DNA of 63,967 nucleotides, the filler included, from Pirum gemmata (taxonomy: Eukaryota): NCBI GenBank assembly GCA_002812295.1. It is 24 parts of 24 records of this genome, joined end to end, with 100 filler letters (N's around TTAATTAATTAA, not from the genome) between each part and the next. Parts side by side here need not be neighbours in the genome. Positions count along the whole stretch, not along the records: positions 48,175 to 51,618 come from PDIN01006530.1; positions 51,719 to 54,132 come from PDIN01006531.1; positions 54,233 to 56,619 come from PDIN01006532.1; positions 56,720 to 59,114 come from PDIN01006533.1; positions 59,215 to 61,608 come from PDIN01006534.1; positions 61,709 to 63,967 come from PDIN01006539.1; 18 more parts are not named here. One strand, written 5' to 3'. The notes under the pieces were generated by a model. That model was not told the DNA's origin and ran no database searches. It saw only the letters and a program-made list of their open reading frames with translations. Positions 49,327-62,854 of this stretch are shown here, one piece after another; the stretch's first letter is position 1, and each line of letters starts with the position of its first letter. The position numbers were made by a program, and so were the translations under genes.

Positions 49327-50755
49327 ATTTCGTTGTCGTTGTCGCTGTCGTTTTTGTTGTCGCTGTCGTTGTCTGTGCTGTGTTGTTGTGCGCTGTCGTT
49401 GTCTGTGTTGTGTTGTTGTTCGCTGTCTGTGGTGTTGTTGCTGTTGCTGTGGTTTTTGTTTGTGATTTGTAGCTGTTCTATGCCTGTGGTGAGTTGGTCC
49501 ATTGGTTGGTTTGGTGGTGCAGTTGCGTTGGTCATGCTTGTGTTGGCTTGTGCGTGATTCATCGTGGTTGTTGGTTTGTTTTGGTTGTGGTTGTGATTGT
49601 TTGGTGTGGGTTCTGTGTGGGTTTGTTGGGGTTATTGGTGTATGTTTGTTTGTTGGGTTGTGGGTGTGGGTTTGTTTGGGGGTTGTAGGCTTACCTGGGC
49701 TAGTTCCTGTACGCTTTGTTGCTGTGGGACGGGGGGATGAGTACTGATTGACGTTGTGTGTTGTTTTTGTTTGTGTGTTTATGTTGTATGTTTGTGTATT
49801 GTTTGTGTACTTGTGTTGTGTTGTTGATAATTATGTTGCTGATGGTGTGTTGTGTTTTTGTGTAGTGTGTGCTGATATGTGCTTTTGTTGATTGCATTTG
49901 TTGATTGTTGTATGTGTGTTGTGTTGTCGTGTTTGTTGTGTTATGATGTGTTTGATTTGTTTGTGTGTATGTTGTTGGTGTTTTCGTATTGTTGGTGATT
50001 ATGGTGCTGATAACGTGTTGTGTTTTGTGTGTTATATATGTGTTCGTTTTGTGTTTTGTGTGTTTGTTAATGAAGTAATATTGTTTTGCTTTTTAAACGT
50101 TTTATTAATAATTTTATAGTTACAAATAAAATAATAATGATAAAAATTAAAGAGGCTTTTTTTTCTGTGTATCCAGCGTGAGTTTGGTTTTCATACTTTT
50201 TTTCGTGTCATCAAACAGCGTGGGTTTTTTGTTGTTGTTGTTGTTGTTGTTGTTGCGCTCGTTTCGGTGTTGCGCTTTGCGCTGTGGTTCGTTGTGCTCA
50301 ACAATTATATTATTATTAGTAGTAGTAGCAGTAATAATATATATAGAAAAAGAAGAATTAAATAACAATAATATTACTATTGATAATGATGATGATAAAA
50401 ATAAGGAGGATAATGATTAAAGTAATATTGCTGATAGAACGATGCTAAAAGGATGATAAAATAATGATAAAATAATGATACTGATGATAATGGTAACTAA
50501 GCTGATAGTGATTATGATTATGACAATTTTGGTGATGATAATGATGATGATTTATGATGATGATCCTAATATTAATAATAATATTAATATTAATATTAAT
50601 AATAATAATAATAATAATAATAATCATAATAAATAGTAATATAAATAATAAATAATAAATAATAATAATAAACAATAATAATAAATAATAAAAATTACTA
50701 CTTATAATCGAGGTTTATATTTTTTGTTACTACTGTTTTTATTATTCACACAATA

Positions 50756-51616
<861 letters not shown>

Positions 51617-51866
51617 CTNNNNNNNNNNNNNNNNNNNNNNNNNNNNNNNNNNNNNNNNNNNNTTAATTAATTAANNNNNNNNNNNNNNNNNNNNNNNNNN
51701 NNNNNNNNNNNNNNNNNNTTGAAAAACCCAAACTATACCTTTTTTTTTTTTACCTTTAACGCTTGCATAGTTCAAAAAAGTTTTTATGATGTGTAAATGT
51801 GTTGTTTTTTTTGTTTTATTTTAATTTGATATTAATAACTAATAACTGGGAATAAAAAATATATAG

Positions 51867-53042
51867 GACGCCTGGTTTATTTACGATTTCGTATTTTTAC
51901 TGGTGATGCTATGGGAATGAATATGATTTCCAAAGGAACTGAAAAAGCACTTACTCACTTGCAAGAAATTTTTCCTGATATGCATATACTTTCCTTAAGT
52001 GGTAATTTCTGTACTGATAAAAAACCAGCTGCGGTAAATTGGATACTTGGAAGGGGTAAATCGGTAGTAGCCGAAGCAATTATTAAAAAGGATGTTGTTG
52101 AAAAAGTTTTGAAAACAACCGTGGATGATTTGATTCACTTAAATGTTTCTAAGAATCTAGTTGGCTCTGCCATGGCAGGTTAGTAGTTTTATATCAAAAA
52201 TATATTTTTATTTCCGTCAATTTTCGTTTTTTTTTTTTTCTTTTTTAATTGGATGATTAAAGGTTTAAGGGTTAAGGGTTAATTAAGGGGTTAAGGGGCT
52301 AAAGGGCTAAAGGGCTAAAGGGCTAAAGGGCTAGTTAAGGGTTAGTTAGGGGTTAGTTGGGGGTTATGAATATGTTCTGTACATTATTTTATACTAAATT
52401 TTGTCTTGTAAATTTTGATTTTGATTTTAATTTTTTTTATGGTGTTTCATTTTTTGTATTTTTTTTCATATATATAATCGGGCGAATATGCTTTTTTGTT
52501 GTTTATTATATTGGACAATATTAATAAATTCTGGGTCTTTCATTATTGCTTCTATACAATTATATATAATTATTTCGTATACTGACATAGCAACTTTTTT
52601 AACACTAATAGGCTCAGTTGGAGGATTCAATGCCCATGCCTCCAATATTGTTACCGCCATCTTTCTAGCCTGTGGTCAAGATCCCGCTCAGAACGTAGAG
52701 TCTTCTAATTGCATAACTCTTTTAGAAAAAGATGGCGAAGATTTATATATTTCCTGTACAATGCCGTCCATTGAGGTTGGAACCGTGGGAGGTGGTACAC
52801 AGTTACCTGCACAATCATCTTGTCTAGGCTTAATGGGGATCGCGGGTCCTAATAGAACCAATCCAGGACAACATGCCCAAAAACTTGCACAAATAGTTTG
52901 CGCAACGGTGATGGCGGGCGAACTTTCTTTATTGTCTGCACTAGCGGCTGGTCATTTAGTTAAGAGTCACATGGTTCATAATCGATCTTCTCAAAATCTT
53001 GCAAATCCGAATGAAAAACCAACAGAAGTAATAGAAAAGTAA
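51867..53042 (+). CDS. HMGCR: Class I HMG-CoA reductase, last two exons (51867-52178, 52612-53042)
   Basis: Motifs [64 protein letters not shown] and catalytic His in LVKSHM; canonical splice sites with matching phase 1. Confidence 0.98.
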
Positions 53043-53459
53043 ACAAAATAAAAAAACATATCTGACCCTATCAGATGAAAATTATAAGCTTTCAGATTGC
53101 AATTTAATGACAATCTAGAAAAAGGGGTGGGTATGTTAAAAAAAAGTGACATCAAATGAAATGAAAATAAAATATTAAATCGCTTTTTTTTTTTGGACTG
53201 TATGTATAGAATTTCAAAATGTTATAGGTACAGAATTTCAAAATGTTATATATGAAAATGAAATGAAAATAAAATATTAAATCGCTTTTTTTTTTTTGGA
53301 CTATGTATAGAATTTCAAAATGTTATATAAAAACTGATTATTTTAACAATCGCAATAGCAATAGCAATAACATTAACAAAGAGATCAAACCAACAAAGAA
53401 AATAACAATAACAATATAATAAACCTTCAACAATCAATAACCAACCATAATTTGCCTCA

Positions 53460-53678
53460 GGAGATACGGGAAAAACCATCGAATCGAGACTAGTTCGAAA
53501 CGTTTTGATCTAATTTTAAGTATTGACTCACTTTTGATTTCATTAAAAAAATCTTAAAAAATCTTAGGAATTTTATAGAAAAAACTTGAAACTCGAAAAA
53601 AAAATATTAATTCAAAATTGTCACGATTTCATAATTAGGATCGAGCTGTTTGATTCGATTATGTTTTCCCGTATCTCC
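53460..53678 (-). mobile_element. Family C MITE
   Basis: GGAGATACGGGAAAA ... TTTTCCCGTATCTCC; lies between two ~50-bp direct repeats (53406-53456, 53679-53728). Confidence 0.9.
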
Positions 53679-54073
53679 CAATAACAATATAATACCTTCC
53701 AACAATCAATAATCAACGGTAATTTGCCATGTCAATTTTTTTAACCAATGGCTCATTCTACAGCTTTGATAGTTGATTTTTTTAAAATAATTTTAAATAG
53801 TATATTTTAAAAAAGACAAAGACAAAAGAAAATAATACCAATATAATAAACTTATCATGCTCAATAACCAATCATCAACCATCATGTGCTTTGGTAATTT
53901 TTTTAACCAATGGCTCTATGTAGAGCTTTGTATCATTTTTAAGTTGGCGAAATACTCGAACATTATTGTAGTTATTTAAAAAAATAAAAATAGAAAATAC
54001 CACAGCTAATAGTTTTAGTTAATAACTAAAAATTCACATATGATTACATATTAATATACAAGCATTCGTTATT

Positions 54074-54105
<32 letters not shown>

Positions 54106-54116
54106 CTAAAACTATT

Positions 54117-54132
54117 AGATCGGAAGAGCACA
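54117..54132 (+). other. Untrimmed Illumina TruSeq adapter
   Basis: AGATCGGAAGAGCACA at the contig end. Confidence 0.95.
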
Positions 54133-54388
54133 NNNNNNNNNNNNNNNNNNNNNNNNNNNNNNNNNNNNNNNNNNNNTTAATTAATTAANNNNNNNNNNNN
54201 NNNNNNNNNNNNNNNNNNNNNNNNNNNNNNNNAATAATAATAATAATAATAATAATAATTATAATAATAAGGTTAATAGAAACAATATCATCCAGAACAA
54301 AATAATATTTACCATAATAATAGTAATAACAATAATAATAATAATAATAACAATAATAATAACAAAATTTATAAATATAACTACTAAG

Positions 54389-56493
54389 ATTGCAACGGAA
54401 ATTGTCAAATATGTCAAACCGAGTCTATTAGACAAGCAGGGCAATGTTCTACAATAAACGATGTTTTTTCTTGTAGTGAAACACAGGTTAGACTGCTTAC
54501 AAAAGTTTTATAATCAAATTCACATTCTTTGTTGTTATAAGTAATTGTAAGCAACCCTAACCTTAACCCTAAGCCCAATCCTAACACTTGTAACCAACGC
54601 TAACCCTAACCCTAATCCTAACCCTAACCCTAACCCTAACCCTAACCATAATTCAACCCATTTAACTAAAAAGTAATCTATTACTTTTCAGGAAGTATTC
54701 TGTAAATCATGTATAGCAAATTCAAAGGCAATAGAGACAGAGACGCCTGGTATATATCAGTGTGTTAGTTGCCCTACTTTGCATCATAGCTTTTTAAATT
54801 GTTCAGACAGTGTAAACAAAGTAGCTTGTGTGGCCACGGAGCAGGAGCTTCTAACGGTAAGATTAATCATAAGAGTATTTATACTAGGATATACGGCGAA
54901 AGATAATCGAATCGAACAGCTCGATCCTAATTATTAAATAGTGATAATTTTGAAATGATATTCTTTTTTTTTCGAGTTTCAAGTTTTTTCTATAAAATTT
55001 CTAAGAATTTTTAAGAATTTTTTGATGAAATCAAAAGTAAGTCAGCTCGAACTAGTTTCGATTCGATGGTTTTTCCTGCAACCCCCTAAAGCTCATAAAC
55101 CAATTATACTTATAAAAATGGTTAAACCACCTTATATTAATCTACCCATAAAAAAATACCAATATAATAAGAGCAAGACAAACGCTTTAGGATTCGAATT
55201 AGGGTTAATATAATTACATAAATGGAGTAATAAAAAGATAAACAAGTACCAATCAGAGTATATATAAATATGAAGCCGGACCATAACATACTCTGAATAT
55301 GGGTTAGGGTTAGGTTTGGGTTTAGGATTGGGGTTTATTTAGGATTATAGTAGTAATATATAATGATAATTAAAGTATTAATAATATTAATAATAATGAT
55401 CAACATCCAAACCCTTATCCAAATATACTTCATCTCTCACTTGTAATCCTAATCTCTAACCCTAGCCCCAACCCCAACCCTAACCCCAAGAAACTCTATA
55501 AACTTAACAAAATTTTACCCTCATTTTAACTGATCCAAATACATCTTACACAACAGGCTATCAGTTGTGTCAATGAAGATATGGTACACTCCATTCTAGT
55601 AGAAAGTGATATAACCATCACCAGCGTGGATAACAAGTTATACATTAATAAAACCAGTGGAATTGATACCAGATTTTTATTAGCATCAGGTAAAACTAAA
55701 ACGGGTTAGGTTTAGGAAATAATTAAGATCCAGATTGGCATTCTCTTTTTCGAATTGTTGTATTCAATTTTCTTTTCACATGTTTATTTCTCCTACCCTA
55801 ACCGTAACCGTAACCCTAACCCTAACCCGCTATTTTTCACTCTAAACCACCACCACCACCACTACTGCTACTACTACTACTAACTCATGTAATTGGTTAT
55901 TATTCCTAACCCTAACCCTAACCCTAACCTAACCCTAACCCTAACCCGTTTATTTTCAACCAGACCTATCCCAATTGGATTTTCTTTAAGTATCATAGCA
56001 GCAACACTTCGTAATTAATTAAATAAGAAAACCACTTACTCTCTTATTTAACAGCAACATCAGATACACAATTCACAATAACTTCTTCAGTTGTACTGGC
56101 TGCGCCATTGTTACAAATTGAAAATGTAAGGGACACTGTTACTATACGGAGTTTGAAATTTACAGATATAACGGTAATAAGTATATAAGTACCCTAACTC
56201 TAACTCTAACCCTAACCCTAACCCTACCTCTACCAATAACCCTTAACCCTAATAAGTGTGATTGATTTATTGATTAATTTGACCCACATTTGATCTGATA
56301 TTATCTTTACACTAATACAAAAAATGTCCAATTCCGACTTTATAATTTATAACCCAATCCTAAATATCTATAATGTTCATTTTTACGCTCTAATAAATAT
56401 AACCACTAATTTTTTCTATTATTCTTATGAAAAGATTGATGGTGATATTGACGTACTGAAAATTACAGGTAGTTCGAATTTAGATTTACAAGG
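54389..56493 (+). CDS. Extracellular Cys-rich (CxxC/furin-like) plus probable beta-helix protein; five internal exons (54389-54486, 54692-54856, 55557-55689, 56055-56173, 56435-56493)
   Basis: All five exons have AG/GT ends and join in frame: CNGNCQICQ..CSETQ|EVFCKSC..CVSC..VATEQELLT|AISC..SILVESDITIT..LLAS|ATSDTQFTIT..LLQIEN..VTIRSLKFTDIT|IDGDIDVLKITGSSNLDLQ. The fold assignment is inference. Confidence 0.8.
54887..55085 (+). mobile_element. Family C MITE in intron, 3-bp TSD CTA
   Basis: CTA at 54884-54886 and 55086-55088; degenerate TIRs. Confidence 0.82.
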
Positions 56494-57248
56494 GTAAGAG
56501 TTTTTATTTTCAAAATATGAATTATTATTCTATATATATCAACCTAACCCTTACCCTAAACGTATATCATTCATTTTAATTAAACAAACAAATATAAAAA
56601 AAAACATAATAGTTTATATNNNNNNNNNNNNNNNNNNNNNNNNNNNNNNNNNNNNNNNNNNNNTTAATTAATTAANNNNNNNNNNNNNNNNNNNNNNNNN
56701 NNNNNNNNNNNNNNNNNNNAATAATAATAATAATAATTAGTTAATAATAATAATAATAATAATAGATAATAAAAACATAATAATAATAATTATAATATAA
56801 TTATAAAAATAATATTAAAATAATAATATTATTAGCACGTATATTATCATGAAATGATATAATCACATAAATTCATTTTCAGCTCCTTTATAATTTATTG
56901 TTATAACCATAACAAACAAACAAAAAAATTAATCATATAGCTAGATAAAGTTTCTAGGTTTGATTTGAGTAACTAATTTTGAATTTTCTAACCATAAATC
57001 TTAAAATTTTCCCCAAATACATCGTTAAAATATTAATGATAAGGTATTACAAAGTGTTTGTACTTTTTCTGAATGATTTAGAAATTTTAAAGTTGCGCGA
57101 AAGATACAAATATTATATTAATTTTCCGACCCAGATTAATTTTTTAGAAGGTTGTAAACCTGCGTCAATAAGAAACCTTTCTGCAGTCTTTCTACCCCGA
57201 AAGTCACCGAACTACGCATACCATTACTTGGGTATATATGGTACTGTA

Positions 57249-57413
57249 TGGTGCTTTTCAGTTGTTTTGTCAGCATAAAATATACAATAAAGAACCCAAT
57301 TAATACAATTGAAATCCGTTTAATTTAATTTGGTATTAATTTAAAAATGTCAATTTAAAGATTATAACCTACCAAATAAATATTTAGAGTGATAAAATAA
57401 ATGAAAAGCACAA
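57249..57413 (+). mobile_element. Family A MITE
   Basis: TA|TGGTGCTTTTCAG...GAAAAGCACAA|TA. Confidence 0.88.
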
Positions 57414-57668
57414 TAATTATTCGATGAAAATCGATGAAGTAAGAATACCTACAACAAAAAAAATCTACTTGACAACCCTTCACATTATAATACGTCATAT
57501 ACAAAATTTAACACGAGCACTTACCAAGCCAACATTTGCACCGCTTAACACTATAATGTACATATATATGATCAGAGAGAATTATGTTCAGTGACATTCC
57601 CTTTCTAGGTAAAGGTAGTTGGTAGTTTAGTGGTAGCAGTATAACCATTATTGAAAACAATGTACATG

Positions 57669-57833
57669 TAGTACTTTTCAGGTGTTTTGTCATCAAAAAA
57701 TATACAAGAAATAGTACCAAATTTAATTAATTTGGTATATTTCATTATCTATATATTGATTTAAAAATGTCAATTTAAATATTATAACCCTCCAAATAAA
57801 TATTCAGAGCGACAAAATAAATGAAAAGCACGA
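57669..57833 (+). mobile_element. Family A MITE
   Basis: TAGTACTTTTCAG...GAAAAGCACGA|TA. Confidence 0.88.
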
Positions 57834-58080
57834 TAGTATTATTAATAAAAGAGTCGGTTTTATATTTTTATTAAAAATATCGTGCATTGGAACATTGATA
57901 AAGGCCTTTGTAAAGGTTGGAAATTTTGCAAGTCGTATTCATACCTATTAATTTACTGAATAATTTAAATATTAATATTATGGTAAGCGGTTTTAGTTCC
58001 TTTTCGAAAATTCAGCTAATAGAATGTAATCCCTATTAATTCGTATTATTGATAATTAAAATAAACTGAAAATGTTTATA

Positions 58081-58128
<48 letters not shown>

Positions 58129-58657
58129 TTGCTATTGCCATTCGATGATATTCGATATTATTATTATTATTTCCCAATATTGGCTTTCATTGCAATATTA
58201 ATATATTATAATACGTATTGATTTACTGAATAATGTAAATATTATGGTAAGCGGTCTTAGTTCCTTTCAGCTAATAAAATGTAATCTCTATTCGTATTAT
58301 TAATTAATAATTAAAAAAAATAAAATAAAAATGTTTATTATTATTATTATTATTAACTACCAAGCCGGATAAAAATGGCGACATCCGCCACAAGAGCTCA
58401 AAAATTCAAAAATCTCAAAATGATCCAATTTTAATAAAAGTACTACCAAATTTTGAGACGTTTTACAAGAAAACTCTATTATGAACCAATGGCTAGCTTT
58501 TTTAAAAATAATTTGGCTAGTTAGCATTAAAGGTTTTTAGAAAAGAAGTCTAAAAAAAATGATTTCTACAGTTTTATCTGCCTTTCGATATTCGAATTCC
58601 AATATTGGACTTCATTGCAATATTATAATTAGTATTAGTGTTGAAATTGATTGATAA

Positions 58658-58939
58658 TCACATTTCTACATCATATAATTCAAGGTCTTGATCGCTTAGT
58701 AAATTAGTTTTATCTTGAGGTTTTTCTTTGTCATGTTTTTTATCATCTACAAACAACGAACATTCAAAATCACTTAAACTCAAAGGTTTTAAATGCGTTA
58801 GTATGTGATCACTAGAATTCTTGGAATTCTTTTTTGTTTTTCTACTATCTGTTTTGTCTTTACTTATCGATTTTGTAGTGTTTTGCTCGTCAGCTTCTTC
58901 GATGCATCCACAGCAAAATATATGTTCTAGTAAATTCAT
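58658..58939 (-). CDS. 93-aa charged protein with N-terminal CCGC motif
   Basis: Intact ATG-to-TGA ORF of normal complexity; FCCGC near the N-terminus resembles palmitoylation-type motifs. Confidence 0.55.
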   Translation of the reverse strand: MNLLEHIFCCGCIEEADEQNTTKSISKDKTDSRKTKKNSKNSSDHILTHLKPLSLSDFECSLFVDDKKHDKEKPQDKTNLLSDQDLELYDVEM

Positions 58940-59247
58940 TCTGTGTTGTTGATATGATTTGCTTTTGGTTTTGTTCTTTTAAAATTTTTAATGTTGATGA
59001 CGTTTAATATTTTAATACCCTTGTCTCATTTCAATTACTTATAAATACTATTGAATAATAAAAATTTTTGTTGTGGAATATCAAAATTTGTTTTTTTTTT
59101 TTTTTTTTTTTTTTNNNNNNNNNNNNNNNNNNNNNNNNNNNNNNNNNNNNNNNNNNNNTTAATTAATTAANNNNNNNNNNNNNNNNNNNNNNNNNNNNNN
59201 NNNNNNNNNNNNNNATTATTATTATTTATTATTGTTACTTATAATAG

Positions 59248-59588
59248 CAAAATGCTGTTAAGCCAATCCCCTTAAACAGAATCATCAAAAATGCCAAATC
59301 AGACGAATCAATTTTATTTTTAAATTACCTGTACATGAAAAATCCTTATTCAGAATACTGCTGTTATTTAATGTTTTGTTGGGAAGTAGAAAGAATGAAA
59401 AATATAGCTATTCCAATAATAAATCCAGACCAAAAGGGGGACGCTAATTATTTACAAGCAATTCAATCCCAGCAACAACAAATAAAAAATATATATCAGG
59501 ATTTTTTGGTTAAAACCAACACCATGTTTTTAAACCTGAGTGATGATACTATACTTGAGCAGCAACAACAACAACAACAACAACAACA

Positions 59589-59621
<33 letters not shown>

Positions 59622-61608
59622 GCAACGATCGTCGTCCGCCTCCCCCCAAACTAATATCGAGAAAGATTGGACCGAAAAAATACTAGAAAATATCAATCGT
59701 AATAATAATATTGATAATGCTCATGTTTTTGATGATATTCTCAAAGTAGTTTTTGTTTTTCTTCTAAAAAAATACTCGCTGTATCTTACAGACACTAACG
59801 CCGGAACGGTAGAGGAACTAGGTGGTAATACTTCAGCCAAATATAGTAATAGCAACACTAGTAGTAGCTTTAGTGGTGACTGTGATTCAGAAAGTAGTGT
59901 GAACAACAGTCCGAAGAGTAATATTAAATTGAAAAAGCAAACCAGTGCAGTTTTTGCGTACAAAACCAATAATTTGATAGAAGAAGAAGAGCGTGGAGGT
60001 CTGATTAATAGTAATAGTAGTACGAAATTGTCTTACAAGCGTTTGTCTAATATTACCATGAATTCGGTTTTTCAAAAAAATAAACATCGTTCCTTATCTA
60101 ATCCTGCTAGAAGCTTCTTCACAGACAGCTCAGCCTCAGAAAAAGAAACAACTAGTAGCACTTCTAATAACATAAAGAGCGCCTCTAATGGTATTAGTAG
60201 TACTAGTATCAATGCCCTAGAAAATATTTTGGGTGGCAATGATAAAAGCGTAGCTGCGCGCAAATTTAGCTTAATAAAAGAAACTACAACACAAAATAAC
60301 AATCGAGATCGGAACTACAACCTTCTTGGGAAAGGAGACACACGTTTACAGAGTGATGAAGTCCCCGATATACCATCACAAGGAATGTATCAATTATTAA
60401 TGGTTTTAGCACAACAGAATTATAATCGGAATAATGATGGTGAGGGTCACGGGGTGCGAGGAACGATTGGTATAAGTATTGCGCCCCACTTACAGGAAAT
60501 TTGTTCAAGGCTAATGAATGAGGAAGATTTCAAACTCATTAATTTATGGATAGAAATTAAAGCCTGGCAAAATGCTGAAATTAAAGCTTCTACAGTTATT
60601 ACGGGGAGTGATGACGTTTGTGAAAGCAGTGATAGTGTTGATGCTAAATTACAGAACAGGCCAAATAATAATGGTCAAGAAAGTCCACCTAGTTTGCTTG
60701 GTACAACAAAACTAGTGTTCCAAGAATACTTGGATAGCGATTTGGTAGAAAGATTAAATTTAAATGACACGGAAAAGCATCGGTTGTCTATGTGTTCTAG
60801 TGGTAATGATGGTAATTATAGTGATGCTTGCTCTGATTATGATGGAAGTAATAAAGGTAATATTGGTAATGACAATGACAAAGAGAGCGATAATAAGAAA
60901 AATGGTGATACAGAAAAGGTTCATGACAAGAACGATACCAAGGAGAAAACCGTCAAAAACGATAATGATAATACTAAAGTTAAAGCAGTAGAAGTGCGAT
61001 TGGATGACAATAATTCACAACATAGTATAAAGAAAGCTGGCGAAATTGAATTTAGAAGATTCCGTAGTAACAGTGCGGATTATAAAGGAAGCTCAGTAAT
61101 ACAACAGGATGTTCTATACAATAACAATGACACTAATAATAATAATAATACCAATAAGAATAAGAATAATAGCAATAGTAATAGCAATAACAATGACACT
61201 AATAACAATAACAATAGTGATACTAGTAATAACAAAAAGACCAATATTTCCAAGAATTCCTATATTAAAACTATCCAAAATCAAAAAGGTTTTGGCAAAG
61301 AAAGTGACTTAGCAAGTAAAAAAAAAAATACGCAATCACCAACAAGACCTGGATTAAATCGCACTGGGAGTGTTAGGTTACTCATACAACGGCATGAAAC
61401 ATTTCAAAAAAGAACATCGACGAGCAGTATTTCAACTGTTAATAACAATAAGTCAGTAAGGCCAGGAGTAAAGCGAAGTAGAAGTGTAACTGAAGATAGC
61501 TCCTACCTTTTGAAAACAAGCCCCAGGAATTTGAAATCTACCGGTAATAATGATAGTAGTGATTATTTTAACAAAAGCAGCAATATCAGTAATAATAATA
61601 ATAATAAT
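59248..61608 (+). CDS. Large exon of a tandem RGS-like domain protein with poly-Q/poly-N tracts (3'-truncated)
   Basis: AATAG| acceptor in frame with the 773-aa ORF. Domain 1: LNRII...FLNYL...YLMFCWEVERMK...IKNIYQDFL...LNLSD...VFDDILKVVF. Domain 2: LINLWIEIKAWQ...KLVFQEYLD....LNLND. Both follow the RGS helix pattern. Confidence 0.7.
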
Positions 61609-61784
61609 NNNNNNNNNNNNNNNNNNNNNNNNNNNNNNNNNNNNNNNNNNNNTTAATTAATTAANNNNNNNNNNNNNNNNNNNNNNNNNNNNNNNNNNNN
61701 NNNNNNNNAGAAAAAACCCCCTAAAGCATCTTGAAAATTAGATCTTTTGCTCTTAAAGTTTTTTTTAGGATCTCAGAAAAAGGA

Positions 61785-61835
<51 letters not shown>

Positions 61836-62259
61836 AAAAAATGAAAATTTTGTTGACCTGATGAAATCAGTATGAAATCACTATCATAATTATGATCGAA
61901 AGGTTAATTAATTGTGTTTTTTCAAAAAAGCAAAACCCACTCGAAAACAGTACTAGCTACGAACTTTAATTTGATCCTGTTTTGAAAAACGGGCTCATAT
62001 GAGCCCGTCTGACCGATAGAGACTAGCTAGTAGCATGCTAGTAGTAGTAGTACCTTTCTACCTTGAAGTATTGCCAATTATAATGTATACTTCTACCATA
62101 GAAATATTGCCAATTATAATGTATACTTCTACCATAGAAATATTGCCAATTATAATTATATACTTCTACCATAAATATTGTATAGAATTATCGCCATTTT
62201 TTTTTTTTGTTGCATGGAATTATCGCCATCCCTGGGTGATAATACAATTGACTAAAAAA

Positions 62260-62415
62260 GTTTGACTTCCGGCTTGTGAGGAAATTTGTGTTTTTGAGTT
62301 CTGGCCTGTGAGTAAAATTTTTTTTTTGAGTTCTGGCCTGTGGGCATTTTGTTGTGTTTAGTTTCTGGCCTACGGGTAAAAAAAAAGGATTGGGTTCTGG
62401 CCTGTGAGTAAAATT
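62260..62415 (+). repeat. ~30-36-bp tandem repeat, 5 copies (GTTCTGGCCTGTGAGTAAA)
   Basis: Visible units; adjacent 36-bp triplication at ~62055-62175. Confidence 0.85.
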
Positions 62416-62854
62416 ATTACAATGGTCATTAGTTGTATTATTTTATTATTTTTTAGGCTGATTTGAGCAGAATCCCTCGATCGACAGAATCTCCAATCGA
62501 ATTAGACTACTAGGTGCGAAATATCCAAAAAAAGCTAAAAGTCAAAATATTCTTTTTTTTTTTCACCCAATTCTGCTCAAACCCGAAAACTCGAATTTTT
62601 TCGGGTTTATCTGTAAATAAATATACTCGAATACTTAACTGTTACATTAAAATTTTCGAACTTTTTCAATTTTTTTTAATCAAATTTTTTTTTTTTTTTG
62701 TGATGGAAACTGATGGTTACTATTTTTGGAATCGAGCATGATGTTGATAAACCCATTGGTCATGATATCAACTGATGATATTGATAAATCCATTGGTCAT
62801 GATATTGATAAATCCATTAGTCATGTAAAAGTGTTATTACAAATGACACCACAA

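Noticed and set aside
52488..52611. Hydrophobic N-terminus of the supplied 184-aa HMGCR ORF
   Set aside because: Intron sequence; homology resumes only after the AG at 52610-52611.
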